A stretch of 64,000 bases of DNA from Vicugna vicugna (taxonomy: Eukaryota). Position numbers and translations under genes: made by a program. The stretch covers positions 3,859,061 through 3,923,060 of the forward strand of contig MU058423.1 in the NCBI GenBank assembly GCA_013265495.1, written 5' to 3'. The notes beneath the pieces were generated by a model that did no database searches, was not told the DNA's origin, and saw only the letters and a program-made list of their open reading frames with translations. The first letter of the stretch is position 1. Every line of letters starts with the position of its first letter. This document shows positions 1-11,771 of this stretch, one piece after another.

Positions 1-47
1 ATGAGTCCTTTTGAATTATTTTTTTTCTTGAAATCATTGAATTCTAA

Positions 48-797
48 TTTTTTTAAAGTGTAGTCAATGACAATGTGTCAATTTCTGGTGTACAGCATAA
101 TGTCCCAGTTATGCATATACATACATGTATTCTTTTTTATTAAAGGTTATTATGAGATATTGAATATGTTCCCTGTACTATACAGAAGATAATAGTTTTT
201 CTAATCTATTTTTATATATATTGGTTAACATTTGCAAATCTCAAACTCCCAAATTTGTCCTTTCCCACCCCCTTTCCCTGGGAACCATAAGATTGTTTAC
301 TATGTCTGCGAGTCTATTTCTTTTGTAGAAGAGTTCATTAGTGTCCTCTTTTTTCTTCCTTTTTCTTTCTTTTTTTTTTAAGATCCCAGATATAAGTGAT
401 ATCATATAGTATTTTTCTCTCTCTCTGGCTTACTTCACTTAGAATGATGACCTCCAGGTCCATCCATGTTGTAAATGGCATTATTTTATTCTTTTTATGA
501 CATAATAGTATTCCATTGTATAAATATACCACAACTTCTTTATCCAGTCATCTGTTGAGGGACATTTAGATTGCTTCCATGTCTTGGCTATTGTGTACAG
601 TGCTGCTGTGAACATTGGGGTGCATGTGTCTTTTCTAATTAGAATTCCCTCCAGATATGTGCCCAGGAGTGGGATTGCTGGATCATATGGTAAGTCTGTT
701 TTCAGTTGAGGAGTCTCCATTACTGTTTTCCACAGTGGCTGCACCAAACTACATTCCCACCAGCAGTGTAGGAGGGTTCCCTTTTTTCCACACCCTC
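48..797 (-). mobile_element. 5'-truncated LINE-1 (ORF2 C-terminus plus 3' UTR and poly-A), antisense to VAV3
   Basis: Minus-strand ORFs 481..822 ([20 protein letters not shown]...DLPYDPAIPLLG...CTPMFTAALYTIAKTWKQ) and 338..532 (WMDLEVIILSEVSQ) match the L1 ORF2p C-terminus; T-tract at about 48-55 is the poly-A tail. Confidence 0.93.
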
Positions 798-2145
798 GAA
801 ATATTTTAAACAGCAAATACATATTTAAATAAGGGAATCAGTGATAGTGTGGAGTTAGGTCCAGGGTCCTGTGGGGACACAGAGGACCCAGACTGGAGGT
901 GGGAGATGGTCAGAGAAGGCTCTGTGTAGGGACCAGCCTGGCCGAGTTCAGGATGGACATGAGAGAATGAGAACTTCTTGCTTGGAGCATCTGGAGCCTC
1001 CCGGGTGGGTGGCGGTGAGCCAGCCCCTCCACGCTGTAACAGCTGGTCCAGGCTCTCCTGGGTTCTTCCTCCTGCCTCAGCCTCCACAGAGCAGCAGCCA
1101 CTGTTGCTAAGTGCTGCTCACATTTCCATCTCTCCCCTGGCTCTACACCTGCTGTCTGAGTTCAGACCTCTCGTTTCTCACCTGGATGATTGAGAAACCC
1201 CCTGGTGGGTCTCCTGGCCTCTGTCTGTCTCCCACATCCTTCTGCTCTGGTCTCCCCTTCACTTTGCTGAGTGATCTTCTAAAAATGCAGTTTGGGCCCT
1301 ACTGTCTCCCTTAAACTTGGCCAATGATCCTTCATAGATTCTGAGGGGTAACCTCCCTTCTCAAGCAAGCACAAGGGAGCCCTGCCCACCTCTGCCACCC
1401 TCCTCCTATGGTGACTCTTACTCATGTCATCTGGAATTGTTTTTATTTCATTACAAATGCCACTCTTATCAAACAAAGGATGAATGTAGGTAAAGAAAGA
1501 AAATCCATGATGTGGATTTAGTAGCTGGTTGTCAGCCTATTAACTTGCAAATATTCTAACTAGTTATTCCCCTCTCTGGGAGTTAATATCCATATTTCAT
1601 ATTATTTGGGGCAACAATTTAGAAATGAAGACGTTTCAAGGCAAACAGCCTTCCTCCTGCCCTTGGGGATATTTTCTTTTGTAAATACACTCTTGAATGC
1701 ACGTTTCTAATGGCAGGTCATTCTTCACACAGAGGACTTGAGACTCTGGTGTTAATTTGTGTACCTGTCCCTTCTAAATGCGGACACACTCCACCTTTGT
1801 AGAATACACACTGTTCTAAAAACACTGCGTTGGCCAAACAGTCTTTATTTGCTTTGGCTAAACTTAGAGTTAATGGACGGACTTGATGTACAAAAAGACA
1901 GGCACAAAGGAGTGATGGTCCTCAGGGAGATTTAGTTTATGACCATGTTATGCATTATCCTTCTGTCTCGTCCACTGAATTTGTATTTTATGTTATTTTT
2001 CTATCTATGTAACAAAATAAATATTTTACATATATTTTATTAATATTTAAATATTTACTTAGATAAATATTTTGTGAAGTAAATAATAGGAATTGGTTTC
2101 AGCTTGTTGATGTTCAGAAATGTTTGTACTTAAGAGTCAATGCAG

Positions 2146-2278
2146 AATGTGACAATATATATATGTTCATGTATAACTGAAAAATTGTGCTCTACACTGG
2201 GATTTGACACAACATTGTAAAATGATTATAAATCAATAAAAAAGTTAAAAATATATACCACAGTTAAAAAAAAAAAAA
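2146..2278 (+). mobile_element. Very short 5'-truncated L1 3' end with poly-A and target-site duplication
   Basis: Sequence ...TTTGACACAACATTGTAAAATGATTATAAATCAATAAAAAAGTTAAAAA matches the reverse complement of the L1 end at 57272-57330; flanked by direct repeat AGTCAATGCAG at 2135-2145 and 2279-2289. Confidence 0.9.
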
Positions 2279-3629
2279 AGTCAATGCAGGAGTGACATAA
2301 TAGACTGTCATCTGGCTCCCTCTGGTGGACAATTGTATGAAAACAATCAAACCACAGATTCTTGCGTGGGGGCAGGGACGGCTTGTGAATAGTTCTGGTG
2401 TTTCAACTTGGGTTAAAGTAAATAGTAGCGATAGTAAAATAACATAACGATGCTACTGCTGTTGCTGTTTCTCTTGTTATTGAGTAGTGACACTGTGGGA
2501 CCACGGTGAAAAAAGAACTAGAAGCTGACCTCATCCCATGACTTTAGAAAAGTGCCACCCCAGGATAAGGCTGAGGCTAAAATTCAACAGTTTACAGTCT
2601 AAACACGACTCCACAGATTACTCTGGGCTCTCCCCAACAGCTAGAGATTTCACTCAGGGTCCCTGTTTTTAGAAATTTAGCAAATGATTATTTTTTTTTT
2701 ATCTTGAATCTGTTTATTGTGATGCATTTATTATTTGTTCATTCGTGATCTTTGAATCTACAGACTCGCTGAAGATGCTTTATCTTTATTATGGAAATTA
2801 ATCGGTATCAAGTTTTATCTCGGTGGTCATTTCTTGCTCTTCAACAAGGTTAGCCAGGAAGAAATTGCATAAAGGCTTTCAGTGAAATTTTATTTGTATA
2901 TAATAATAACTTTATATAATAATAAAGCTCATATTTATTGAGTGAAGCGTTTCATGAGGATTATCTTACTTAGTTTTTTCTGTGACTCCATGAGGCAGGT
3001 AGGTGGTGGTTATTTAACCACATTGCATAGAGGCTGGTAAAGGTGTGCTTAGCTCATCCGGGCGTCTCATTTCAGAGTGAAGGGTTTGTAAGCACAGCAA
3101 CATACCACCTCCTGAGGTCAGTAATAAGTAAGTCTGTGTGTGGCTAATATCCATACGGGACTCCTGCAGGGTGCTGTGAGCAGCACTTAGCAACATTACT
3201 TTTTGTGTTTCTGTCTTCGAACTGAAGAATTCGAAGATTACCTCAACCTGGGGAGAGAATTTTACCTTTTTTAAAAATTCTTATTCTATTCAGTAGAACC
3301 TCTTTAAAGTTTACTTAGAGAATTAGGACAAATTATATCTATTATCATAGAAACAGACTTCGTGAGAAAAAACACAAGCTCACTGGCTTCCTCACTAAGT
3401 CTTTGAAAGAGATGCTGTCGGGTACCAGTGTGGGAAGGAGGTACCTTTGCTAGGTACTGATGGTAAAGCTGCCGCAGGGTGCCCTGAGGGCTAGGTACTG
3501 AAGATCTTCAAGAAGAATTTTTGAGACAGATACAGATAATCAAGGGTAATTTAGGAAATTCTGTTTCTGAAAATACTCAGAATACGGCAATTTTCTCAGA
3601 GTTGGTAATTATAAAGAATAGCTACCATT

Positions 3630-3838
3630 TAAAACACTTTACATGTATTTTTAATTCTTATAACAATCTACTGTTGATGAATAATCTAACTTAATTATTA
3701 TAGGCAGTATCTGGATGAGAAAACGGAAACCCAGAGGAGTTAAATAGTTGGCCCGAGGTAATACGGCGAATAAATGGCGAAGTCAGGATCAGAACCCATG
3801 TGGTTCGGCTCGAGAGCCCATCCTTCAGACCACTTTGT
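3630..3838 (+). mobile_element. MIR SINE remnant
   Basis: GATGAGAAAACGGAAACCCAGAGGAGTTAAATAGTTGGCCCGAGGTAATACGGC...GTCAGGATCAGAACCCA resembles the MIR core; boundaries approximate. Confidence 0.7.
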
Positions 3839-3842
3839 TGTA

Positions 3843-4048
3843 CAGCAATGCTGACCGGTAGAACTTTCTGTGATAACAGAAATGTCTGGGGTCCGTGCAG
3901 TCCAGTACCATAGCCACTAGCCACATGTGGCAACCGAGCACTTGAAATGTGGCTAGCACAACTTAGAAACTTAATTTTTTGTTTTTAAACATTTAATTAA
4001 TGTAAGTAGCCTTGTGTGGCTCGTGGCTGTGGTTTTGGACAACGCAGC
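3843..4048. mobile_element. MER3-like hAT-Charlie non-autonomous DNA transposon
   Basis: TAGAACTTTCTGTGATAACAGAAATGT...AGCCACTAGCCACATGTGGC...GAGCACTTGAAATGTGGCTAG...GTGGCTCGTGGCTG...TTGGACAACGCAG follows the recalled MER3 consensus. Confidence 0.75.
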
Positions 4049-4362
4049 TTCATCTTTCATCGTGGAGGAGTGGAGATGTGAGACCTTTAGGATGACCCTG
4101 TCTAGCTCCTTGCTTTTACTGATCCAGAAACTGCAAACCAGGTGGTTGGTTCCCCGTTTAGAGTCATAAAGTGAAAGGGGCAAAATTATAACCCAGGTTT
4201 TTATCCTTTTCAGTTACAGCTCTTCCCCTTCCGTACTTTGTTGGCATCTGCAAATTTACATTTCTGCTGCCATTGTTAATATGAGATTGTAAAACTCCTT
4301 TTTCCAAAAAAAAAAGTTTTTTTCTGAAATACATGTCCAATGAATACTTTCCTCTTTTTCAG

Positions 4363-4421
4363 GTAATAGAAACATTATCACGACTTTCTCGCACACCTAT
4401 AGCGTTGGCCACGGGAATCAG
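4363..4421 (+). CDS. VAV3: VAV3 coding exon 3 (59 nt), end of the calponin-homology domain: VIETLSRLSRTPIALATGI(R)
   Basis: Acceptor cctctttttcAG, donor GTaagc; translation matches recalled VAV3 residues about 108-127. Confidence 0.96.
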
Positions 4422-4891
4422 GTAAGCTAGTTTCTCGGTGGGTCATGGGTCCCACTCAGTTCCATGAAATGATTATTTATCGAATGGTTACTGCTTGTAA
4501 AGCAGTGTGCATACGGGGACCGAGTCCCATTCATTCAGAGTGCCTGGTATATAAGGGCCCAGGACACGTCTGAAATTTATTGAGCAAGTAAGAATTTATT
4601 CATAGACCTGAATAAGATGCATTGGCTAAAAATTGTTCTCAATTCACTGGTGACTGTCACTGATAGTTTTTTTTCTTTTACTTCCTCTAACATTACTATA
4701 CACGTGATTCGTCACGGTAAACATAAATGCTTACTTAAATATTTTAAATGATACTATTGCATATTTATATCCTGTCGGCCATAGCAATAAGTCACAGCTT
4801 TTAGGAGTTTAAGAAATAATCAGACAAGTATGAAACATGTGTACAAGGATGTGTATTGAAAGTTTGGCACCAAATGAAAAACTTGAAAGTA

Positions 4892-5103
4892 CAGCTGACC
4901 TTTGAACAATGTGGAGGTTGGGGCATCGATCATCTACACAGTCAAAAATTTAAGAGTAACTTAGAGTCTGCCCTTTGCATCCTCGGTTCCTCCGCATCTG
5001 TGGTTCCAACCAACCACGGATTGTGTAGTATTGTAGTATTCACTGATGAAATAAAACCCACATTTAAGCGGATCTGTGCAGTCCAAACCCTGCTGGCCAA
5101 CTG
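4892..5103. mobile_element. MER8/Tigger3-type TcMar-Tigger MITE
   Basis: TA-CAGCTGACCTTTGAACAA...GTGCAGTCCAAACCC...GGCCAACTG-TA: imperfect terminal inverted repeats with TA target duplication. Confidence 0.75.
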
Positions 5104-6827
5104 TAAATTGGCTAAACAGATCATTCCCTCTCCATGCACTGAAGCATTATGCAGTCAGGAAGCGTGGAAGTGTAGATGTAGATGTTGTGTAAACCTTTTC
5201 TGCTTAAAATACTGCATCGTTAAGTCAGATCAGTCAGAAAGCTGCATTATTAGTAACGTTAGAAATACAGAAAGTCTCAGCAGCCACGCAGCCAGACCAC
5301 GTGGAAATAGAATGGGTCTCATCTTTCACCTGGTTTTCTCGGGGTTCCATAATTCAGTCTTCAGCCATTATGGTTCCCTGTGACCTGTGTCTCTTCTGTT
5401 GCTTCCATTTTTCTGTGTCCAGCTCACATTCAGATTCTGAAAGAAAGGATCCAAGCATGTCTTACAGGACTGATCAGCAGTGGCTGGGCAGCCCCGTCCC
5501 TGGGTACAAAGCACGGGGACCTGGGGGAGGACACCCTACAGACCCTTACTCAGAAATGGGTCATGACTTAGGCAACTTCCTACAGAAGTAGTCTGTAGGC
5601 TTGGATGAATGTTCCACGCCTTGTGGTTTTCTCTTTAGTACATGATTATCTTTCCGCGTCAACATATATTTTAGGTTATACACAAACGGCAGATTTTGAA
5701 ATAGCATGATTTTTTAAAGTATATATTGTTGATTCTGAAAGAATATATGTTAGAAGGGTTTTTTCCTTTCCAATTTTTCTTATTTATATTTTCAATTTTT
5801 TCTACACTGGACTTGTATAGGAGTATAATAAAATGCTTCAAAATTTATTTAAAAAAAGATTTTGAAACGGGCATTTCTCACACATTTTAATTTATTTGAA
5901 AACTGGGTGTTCCTCAGATGCCTTAAGTAGTAAGTTAATCCATAAATGATTGTGAAAGTATTTCAATATACTAAGTATAATTGTTTAGTAATTATTTAGT
6001 GCTTATGTGTTATTTTAATGGATCTTCTTGTTTTTATGAAACATATGACATATTGTTTGCGTGTAAAGAAAGGGTAAAACTTTTGGTACTAGAGTACAAT
6101 TACTGTGATTTTATTAGACGTAAATTAGGGCATTATGTTGGTGTTATGAATAAAGTTCATAGCATGGGGCAAACCAAGAAACCAATGGCTAGGAATAGGG
6201 AATAAATTAGTCATTTTCTTTGACCAGGGGACAAAGAAAACAGTGCACTCTCCCTGTGACCTGTTTGACTCATTTGTCCAGTCGATGAAAAAAAAAATGC
6301 AACTTACATGGCTTATAGTCTGAGTAGAGAAGTGTATTGGGGCAGTGGTCACACATAAAGGACATGGCATTTTTGTCTCCTCATTTTCATCTACACTAGG
6401 GAACCAAGTCATGCTAGGATGATTGTCACCAGATAATTTGTCAATCGAATCAGATTCCGTAAAGGAAAAGTCACGGTGCTGCAGGCAAGGGCCGCACGGC
6501 CCCCTGTTCTGTGAACTGGGGAGCCTGCAGGTGTGTGGCCGGTGGGGGACCAGGTGAGCCCATTAGCACGTCCACAACTGCTCACAGGACTGCGGCCACC
6601 AGCGCTGATTGCTGCAGGTGATTGGGGTGGCACGTACCACGGCCTCCCTGGGGGACCCCAGACACAGCCACGGGGCAGGCCCTGTGGGAGAAGCCCCGGA
6701 CGGATGTCGTGTTAAATGTGGTGACTGAACCGAGCGCTTGGCAGCAGCTGAACTTGTACATTTAGTGAGAGGTTAACGCCCAGCCTGCTTGTTGCTTATT
6801 CACCTTTTTTGTTCCCCTCCCTCCCAG

Positions 6828-6896
6828 GCCCTTCCCAACGGAAGAAAGCGTTAACGATGACGACGACGTCTACAAAGGCCTGCCTGACCTGATAGA
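6828..6896 (+). CDS. VAV3: VAV3 coding exon 4 (69 nt): (R)PFPTEESVNDDDDVYKGLPDLI(D)
   Basis: Acceptor ctcccAG, donor GTacgt; phase continues exon 3; start of the acidic region with the first regulatory Tyr. Confidence 0.96.
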
Positions 6897-8019
6897 GTAC
6901 GTTGAGCATTTTCTGCCACATCGCACCACTGCCGATTTCTGCATCCTCTGTGGATTTTAACCAGGGGTGTTACGATAGCTCTCTGAAGGGGGAAAGTGGC
7001 TTAGTGATTAAGACACATAAGAATTAACCTCAAACTCCTGATGGGAAGGGTCACAAGAAAATGTGCTCCAAAGGGCCTTTAATTCCCACTGTGTGTCCTG
7101 CCTTGTGCAAGTCTCTCTGGAAAGTCAAGAAACAAACGGCAGTGAAGTACCATTTGGAAGTTTCTCAAAGGCATAGTAGAGGTGGTAGATAAGCCTGCCA
7201 TCAGGCAAGTAAGGAACAATCAAAGAGAGAAGTGGAATCTGCCGCCGGGCTTGCAGCAGGAGCGACGGCGCCGCTGAGGAAGGGCGAGGCTAGCCTGGGC
7301 TGGAGCCATGCAGGGATGCTGTATCAGATGGTGTTGATTCTGAACAGAGGATCCTTTGGGGCTTTATCGTTGAATAGTCAGGAGAGGTTGAAGGTCCTTG
7401 CAGCTGATTATCTTATGCTGATTGAATGACTTGTGCAGATTACAAATAAATATAAAACCTGATCCTTACCCCTCAAGGAACCAGTGTCAAAAGATCGGGT
7501 ATGTTTGCAAAGAATTGTAATAAGACATAGATTATGCTCCAGGAGAGATTCAGATCCTGTGGAAATTCATCCGCTTATCCGTCCTAATGCCCCAGTGCAC
7601 GGAGCTTGTTCTCAGCATTCAAGTCTTTGCTTAGCTGTCCCTCCCCACGAGGACTTCCGGACGACCCTGTCTAAGATTGGCACCCCCCTGCCCTTGCTCT
7701 GTGTTTCTTTGGTGCTCACCTCTGTCTGAGGCAGTCTCAGTGTCCTTCCTTTATTGTCTGTCTCCTTATTAGAAGGTCAGCTATGTGAGGTCAAGGTCTT
7801 TACCTTGTTCTTGGCTATCTTCCTAGAACTTCAACGTCTAGTAGGTCCTCAGTATTGCCTATTTTCTGATAAATAGACCAGAGCTGCGTTAAGCACCTGC
7901 TCTTTTGCAGGCATGATGCTTCAGGCGGGAGCTCTGTCATAAGACCTCTGTCAGTCCCTGGGAACTGATTGAATGCACATTTCTGTGCTAACCCTGTTCC
8001 ACTCGCGCTCTCATGTTAT

Positions 8020-8165
8020 GAGGTTGTCACTGCTATCACCGCATTTACACGAGAGAAGACTGAATCTTGAAAAGCAAAGTAACTTGCTGAAGATCATATC
8101 GCGAGTGAATAGTCGTCTTTGGACTTGAACCCAGGCAGCTCCTATTCTAAAGTACGTACTGCACT
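8020..8165 (+). mobile_element. MIR SINE remnant
   Basis: ATCACCGCATTTACACGAGAGAAGACTGAATCTTGAAAAGCAAAGTAACTTGCTGAAGATCATA...GGACTTGAACCCAGGCAG; boundaries approximate. Confidence 0.65.
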
Positions 8166-9349
8166 GACTCCCAGAAGCACCTGACTTGCCCCTCCAAGGA
8201 CTTGCAGTCGGAGAGCATTGTGACAGGACCACAGGGGTGACCGGCAGCTCATGCCCGAGTCGGCTGCATTGGGTGGCCTTCGAAGTCTTGTGTTTTATAT
8301 GTATAGTAAGAATGTCTTCTTATCTCTTCTCAAATTCTCCAAGAACTCACTAATCTTAAGCAGCGGAGTTGCTGTCTGTCTCATTGAATTGGCTACAGTC
8401 GTCATAAAGTGACTGTGAGGTTACTGGCAATATAATCAAATTCTTCAAAGTATTAGAAAGAATCTATTATTTCCAGTGCTGTAATGACGCTCTTTCTTAA
8501 CCCCCACCAGTGGTCACTTAACGCCTACTAGTTTTTATAGTCGTTCTCATGATGCCAGGATAGATCCTGTGAGGAGGTGCATCTGGAGAAGACTTGGGCC
8601 CCCACGCTGGCTGCTCCAGGATGCAGCTCGGGCTCTGGGAGGCGCGTCTGCTCCAGCTCGCCATCTGGTGGTGGGAGGTCCAAATGCCGTGCGTTTCCTG
8701 CGAAGGCTTGCTTTTGAGTTTGCTGTGATGGCTTGATGTTCAGCGTTAGCTTTGTTATGATCTCCAGGGGCTCATCTAGTTCACACTAACCACAGGGGGG
8801 GAATAGCCTAAAGGGAAGCCCCCAGGACACGCACTGGTCTTCTCCCCACTGCAGAGGGAGTCGTTCTCCCCTCGCGTGGAGAGAGGCAGATGCAGGACGG
8901 CGTGGGGGGCGTGTGAGACGGCTGAGCTGTGCAGGGTCCTCACTCCTCCAAGCTGTATGCTCAGGGGTCACACGTGACTGTATACAGGCGGCCTGGACAC
9001 TGGAGAATTAATACAGGCTGCTGTTGATTTATTGACCATCTTAAAGGATCGCAGGTCCTTCTTTCCTCCCACTTGTTCATTTTATGCAAATCGGAATTTA
9101 TTGACCGAACTGTTGGTGAGAAAAACAGCTTTGGTATGGGACTGAATGACGAAACCGGAACTGTTTTAGCGCCGTCTGTGTGTGTGTGCACGTGTGTCAC
9201 TCCTGCAGTTCTCAGAGAGAAATCTGCATTTATCCATGTGCTCCTCTCCCCACCCTCATGGGAAATAGCAAAAAATAAAAAAATAAATAAAAAGAAAAAG
9301 AGAGAGGGATAGAGAGAGAAACTTAAGCAAGATGATGGAGTTTTTGCTT

Positions 9350-9425
9350 GGTGGTTATTTTGGGTTTTTTTTGGTTTTGTGGTTTTGTTTTGGTTTTGGT
9401 TTTGGTTTTGGATTTTTTTTGGTTG
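9350..9425. repeat. Imperfect (GGTTTT)n simple repeat, preceded by an A/GA-rich tract at about 9270-9320
   Basis: ...GGTTTTGTGGTTTTGTTTTGGTTTTGGTTTTGGTTTTGG... read directly. Confidence 0.85.
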
Positions 9426-9978
9426 GGGGCAGCGGTTGGAGGGTCAGAGGCAGGAGAGCTGGGGTTAAGAATGCCAAAGAAGTGGATTTCACAGCCTGCT
9501 TTCCTTCTGAACTCATCAGACTTCCCTGTCCTTTGCTGAGTTACAGAAAGTGCTGAACCGGTTTAACTGCCCCCACCCCGTGCTCTCAGGCTGGGCTGCC
9601 TGCCTAAGCCCCTCAGTGTGGAAACTCTGGAGATGCCAGTGTGACTCACCATCTCCTCAGTTTTCCTAAGTAGAAAGTCTTTCACTGTCCCTGGTTCTCC
9701 CCATCCTGCTTAGTCCCCAGGTCTGGTTGGCTCTACCTGACAGCCTCCAAAGTCTCTGTTTCTCGCCACAGCTGCCTTTTCCCGAGTTACGGCGCTCGTG
9801 ACCTCTCCCCACAGTATTTCCTTGGCTTCCTGATCCTCCCTGCCTGTCTTCTTGACCCTTCACCCCACCCCTCTAAATGCCCCGTGGTCCCCAGATGCGC
9901 AGGTAAGGCCGAGCTCACAGAGTGCAAGGCCCTTCTCAGTTTGGTTCAGCTCTTCCCCTGGGGCTCACCTGACTCACC

Positions 9979-10071
9979 TGGGCACACTGGACGGGACGCC
10001 CCCCTTCGTGCTGTGGACCCTGCAGTGGGCACGCTGGATGGGACACCCCCCTCACGCTGTGGACCTTGCGC
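9979..10071. repeat. Two-copy ~47 bp tandem duplication
   Basis: TGGGCACACTGGACGGGACGCCCCCCTTCGTGCTGTGGACCCTGCAG followed by TGGGCACGCTGGATGGGACACCCCCCTCACGCTGTGGACCTTGCGC. Confidence 0.9.
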
Positions 10072-11771
10072 ACTGCTCTGCCTTCGCAGTGTTGGCGTCC
10101 ATTGTCTCGGTGCTCTTCCCGTCTGTCTTCTCATTCAGTGTGTTACCCCCGAGGGCGGAAAACTGTCAGCCTCGTCTGCAGCTGTGTCTCCTGGAACACA
10201 GCATTTACTAAGCAAATATTCATTGACTAAATTAGTGTAGACATTCAGTATCCAGGCTGTGAAGGTTCCCCTGACTTCCTTAGTCGGAGCTCCTCTCGCT
10301 CTGTTCTCTGCGCGTGTAGAATGTGTTGATGTGCTGTTCTCCACGCTGGCCCGCGGGAGGGTCCTGGGACTTCACCCCTGCACTGCTGGCACTCACAGGT
10401 CCTGCACTCTGCACATTCTTAGTCAACACTAGGCGGTGAGTGGGCGGGCAGTCCTGGGATGATTTCCTTCCCAGAGCAGAGTTCTCGCAAGACTTCTCTT
10501 ACCACCAGGTACCTCGAGGCACCTTCCTTCCTTTTGGAAGTTCGTTGCTGTCAGAGACCTCCAGATAATGCTTCACGACAAACACAGGCAACCTTGTGAT
10601 CACACCTTCTTTGAAAGATGCTCCATGTTGCAGAGTGACACTTAAAGTTGCAGTGTTTTCATTTTTGTCTGTACTGATTTATAATGTTCTGTCCACATGG
10701 GCCCAAAAGGAATAATAAGAGTTGGCAGTGTTGAAGGAGTTGCGTTTTTTTTTTCAGGGAGGTGTTACTGCTTCCTTCTAACGCATCTAAATGTACTAAT
10801 CTTAGGTATTTGATGTAATTAGTTAATGGAAGCTATTTATCTGTAGGACTCTTGAGCTGGCAGGAGAAACTTAAGGAGCAGGAACAGAATGGTGACAAGT
10901 GGAAGCAGCTGTTTCTCCTTTGACTGACTAGGTTTACAATCGCACATGAAGGGTTTAGGACAGACACATCTGTCTGTCACTCTGTAAGTGCTCGTGGACG
11001 TTTTGAGAAATAGGAATTATTTCCCACCGCCAGGTGACCCGCAGAAGAATTTAAATGGCTTTTAAAAATGACTTGCAGCCTGGGGACCATTTCTTGAAAC
11101 AAAATATGAATAAAACAAGTAAAAGCAGAAACTGGCTGAAAGGGGACCTGTGGGGACCCTCTCTGAGTGGCCTTGAAAACCACTGCCTTGGATACTGAAA
11201 ATTACAACCCTGCAGAAACTGTTGCTTTAAAAAAGACTGTTCATAACATATTAGATTCTCCCCAACTCCCCTGTCTTCTCCGTGTTACACCTTTTAAGGC
11301 AGATGATGAAGTGGAGGCCTTGACAAAGGGAAAATGGGGGGCAGCGTGATAAGAGCCGTGAAGGTGCTCAGAGCATAAGACAGACAGGGGTTTAAATCCT
11401 GGCTCTGCCGTTTGCCTGGCTGTGTTATCCTGGGCAGGTCAGAGACCTTTTGTCCTCCCCAAGTCCTCATCTCTAGAACTGATCAAGGAATAGCGCCTCC
11501 CCGGTAATAGCCAGAGCTGGGCCCAGGCGACCTGGGTGAGACAATCGTGGTGCCCAGTGAATGCTGGCTGTCCCTGCGGGCCCCGGGGGTTCTGCTGTCA
11601 TTTGTCCTTGTTCTTAGGAGGGGCAGAGCTGTGAAGGAAGCCTTTGACTCTTTCCACTCTTTCTATGTGATTTCCTCCCTGGATTTTCTACCGAAATCCC
11701 GCCAGCTGTTTCTCACCATCGAATTTATTGCGTGGCAGAAAATGACGTTCGCGTTATCCCCTCTGTTGCAG

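Noticed and set aside
3421..3501. GCTAGGTACTGA twice and GGTAC four times, a repeat-spacer look
   Set aside because: Only two 12-mers in mammalian intronic DNA; not a CRISPR array or regular repeat.
4856..5383. 175-aa ORF, the longest without Ns
   Set aside because: Starts at TTG, runs across a MITE and old L1 sequence, and has no recognisable domain.
6470..6740. CpG-rich patch as a possible internal promoter
   Set aside because: Short, with no clear promoter architecture; better explained by the regional GC shift.
9350..9425. (GGTTTT)n resembling a telomeric repeat
   Set aside because: Not TTAGGG; an ordinary imperfect hexamer microsatellite.
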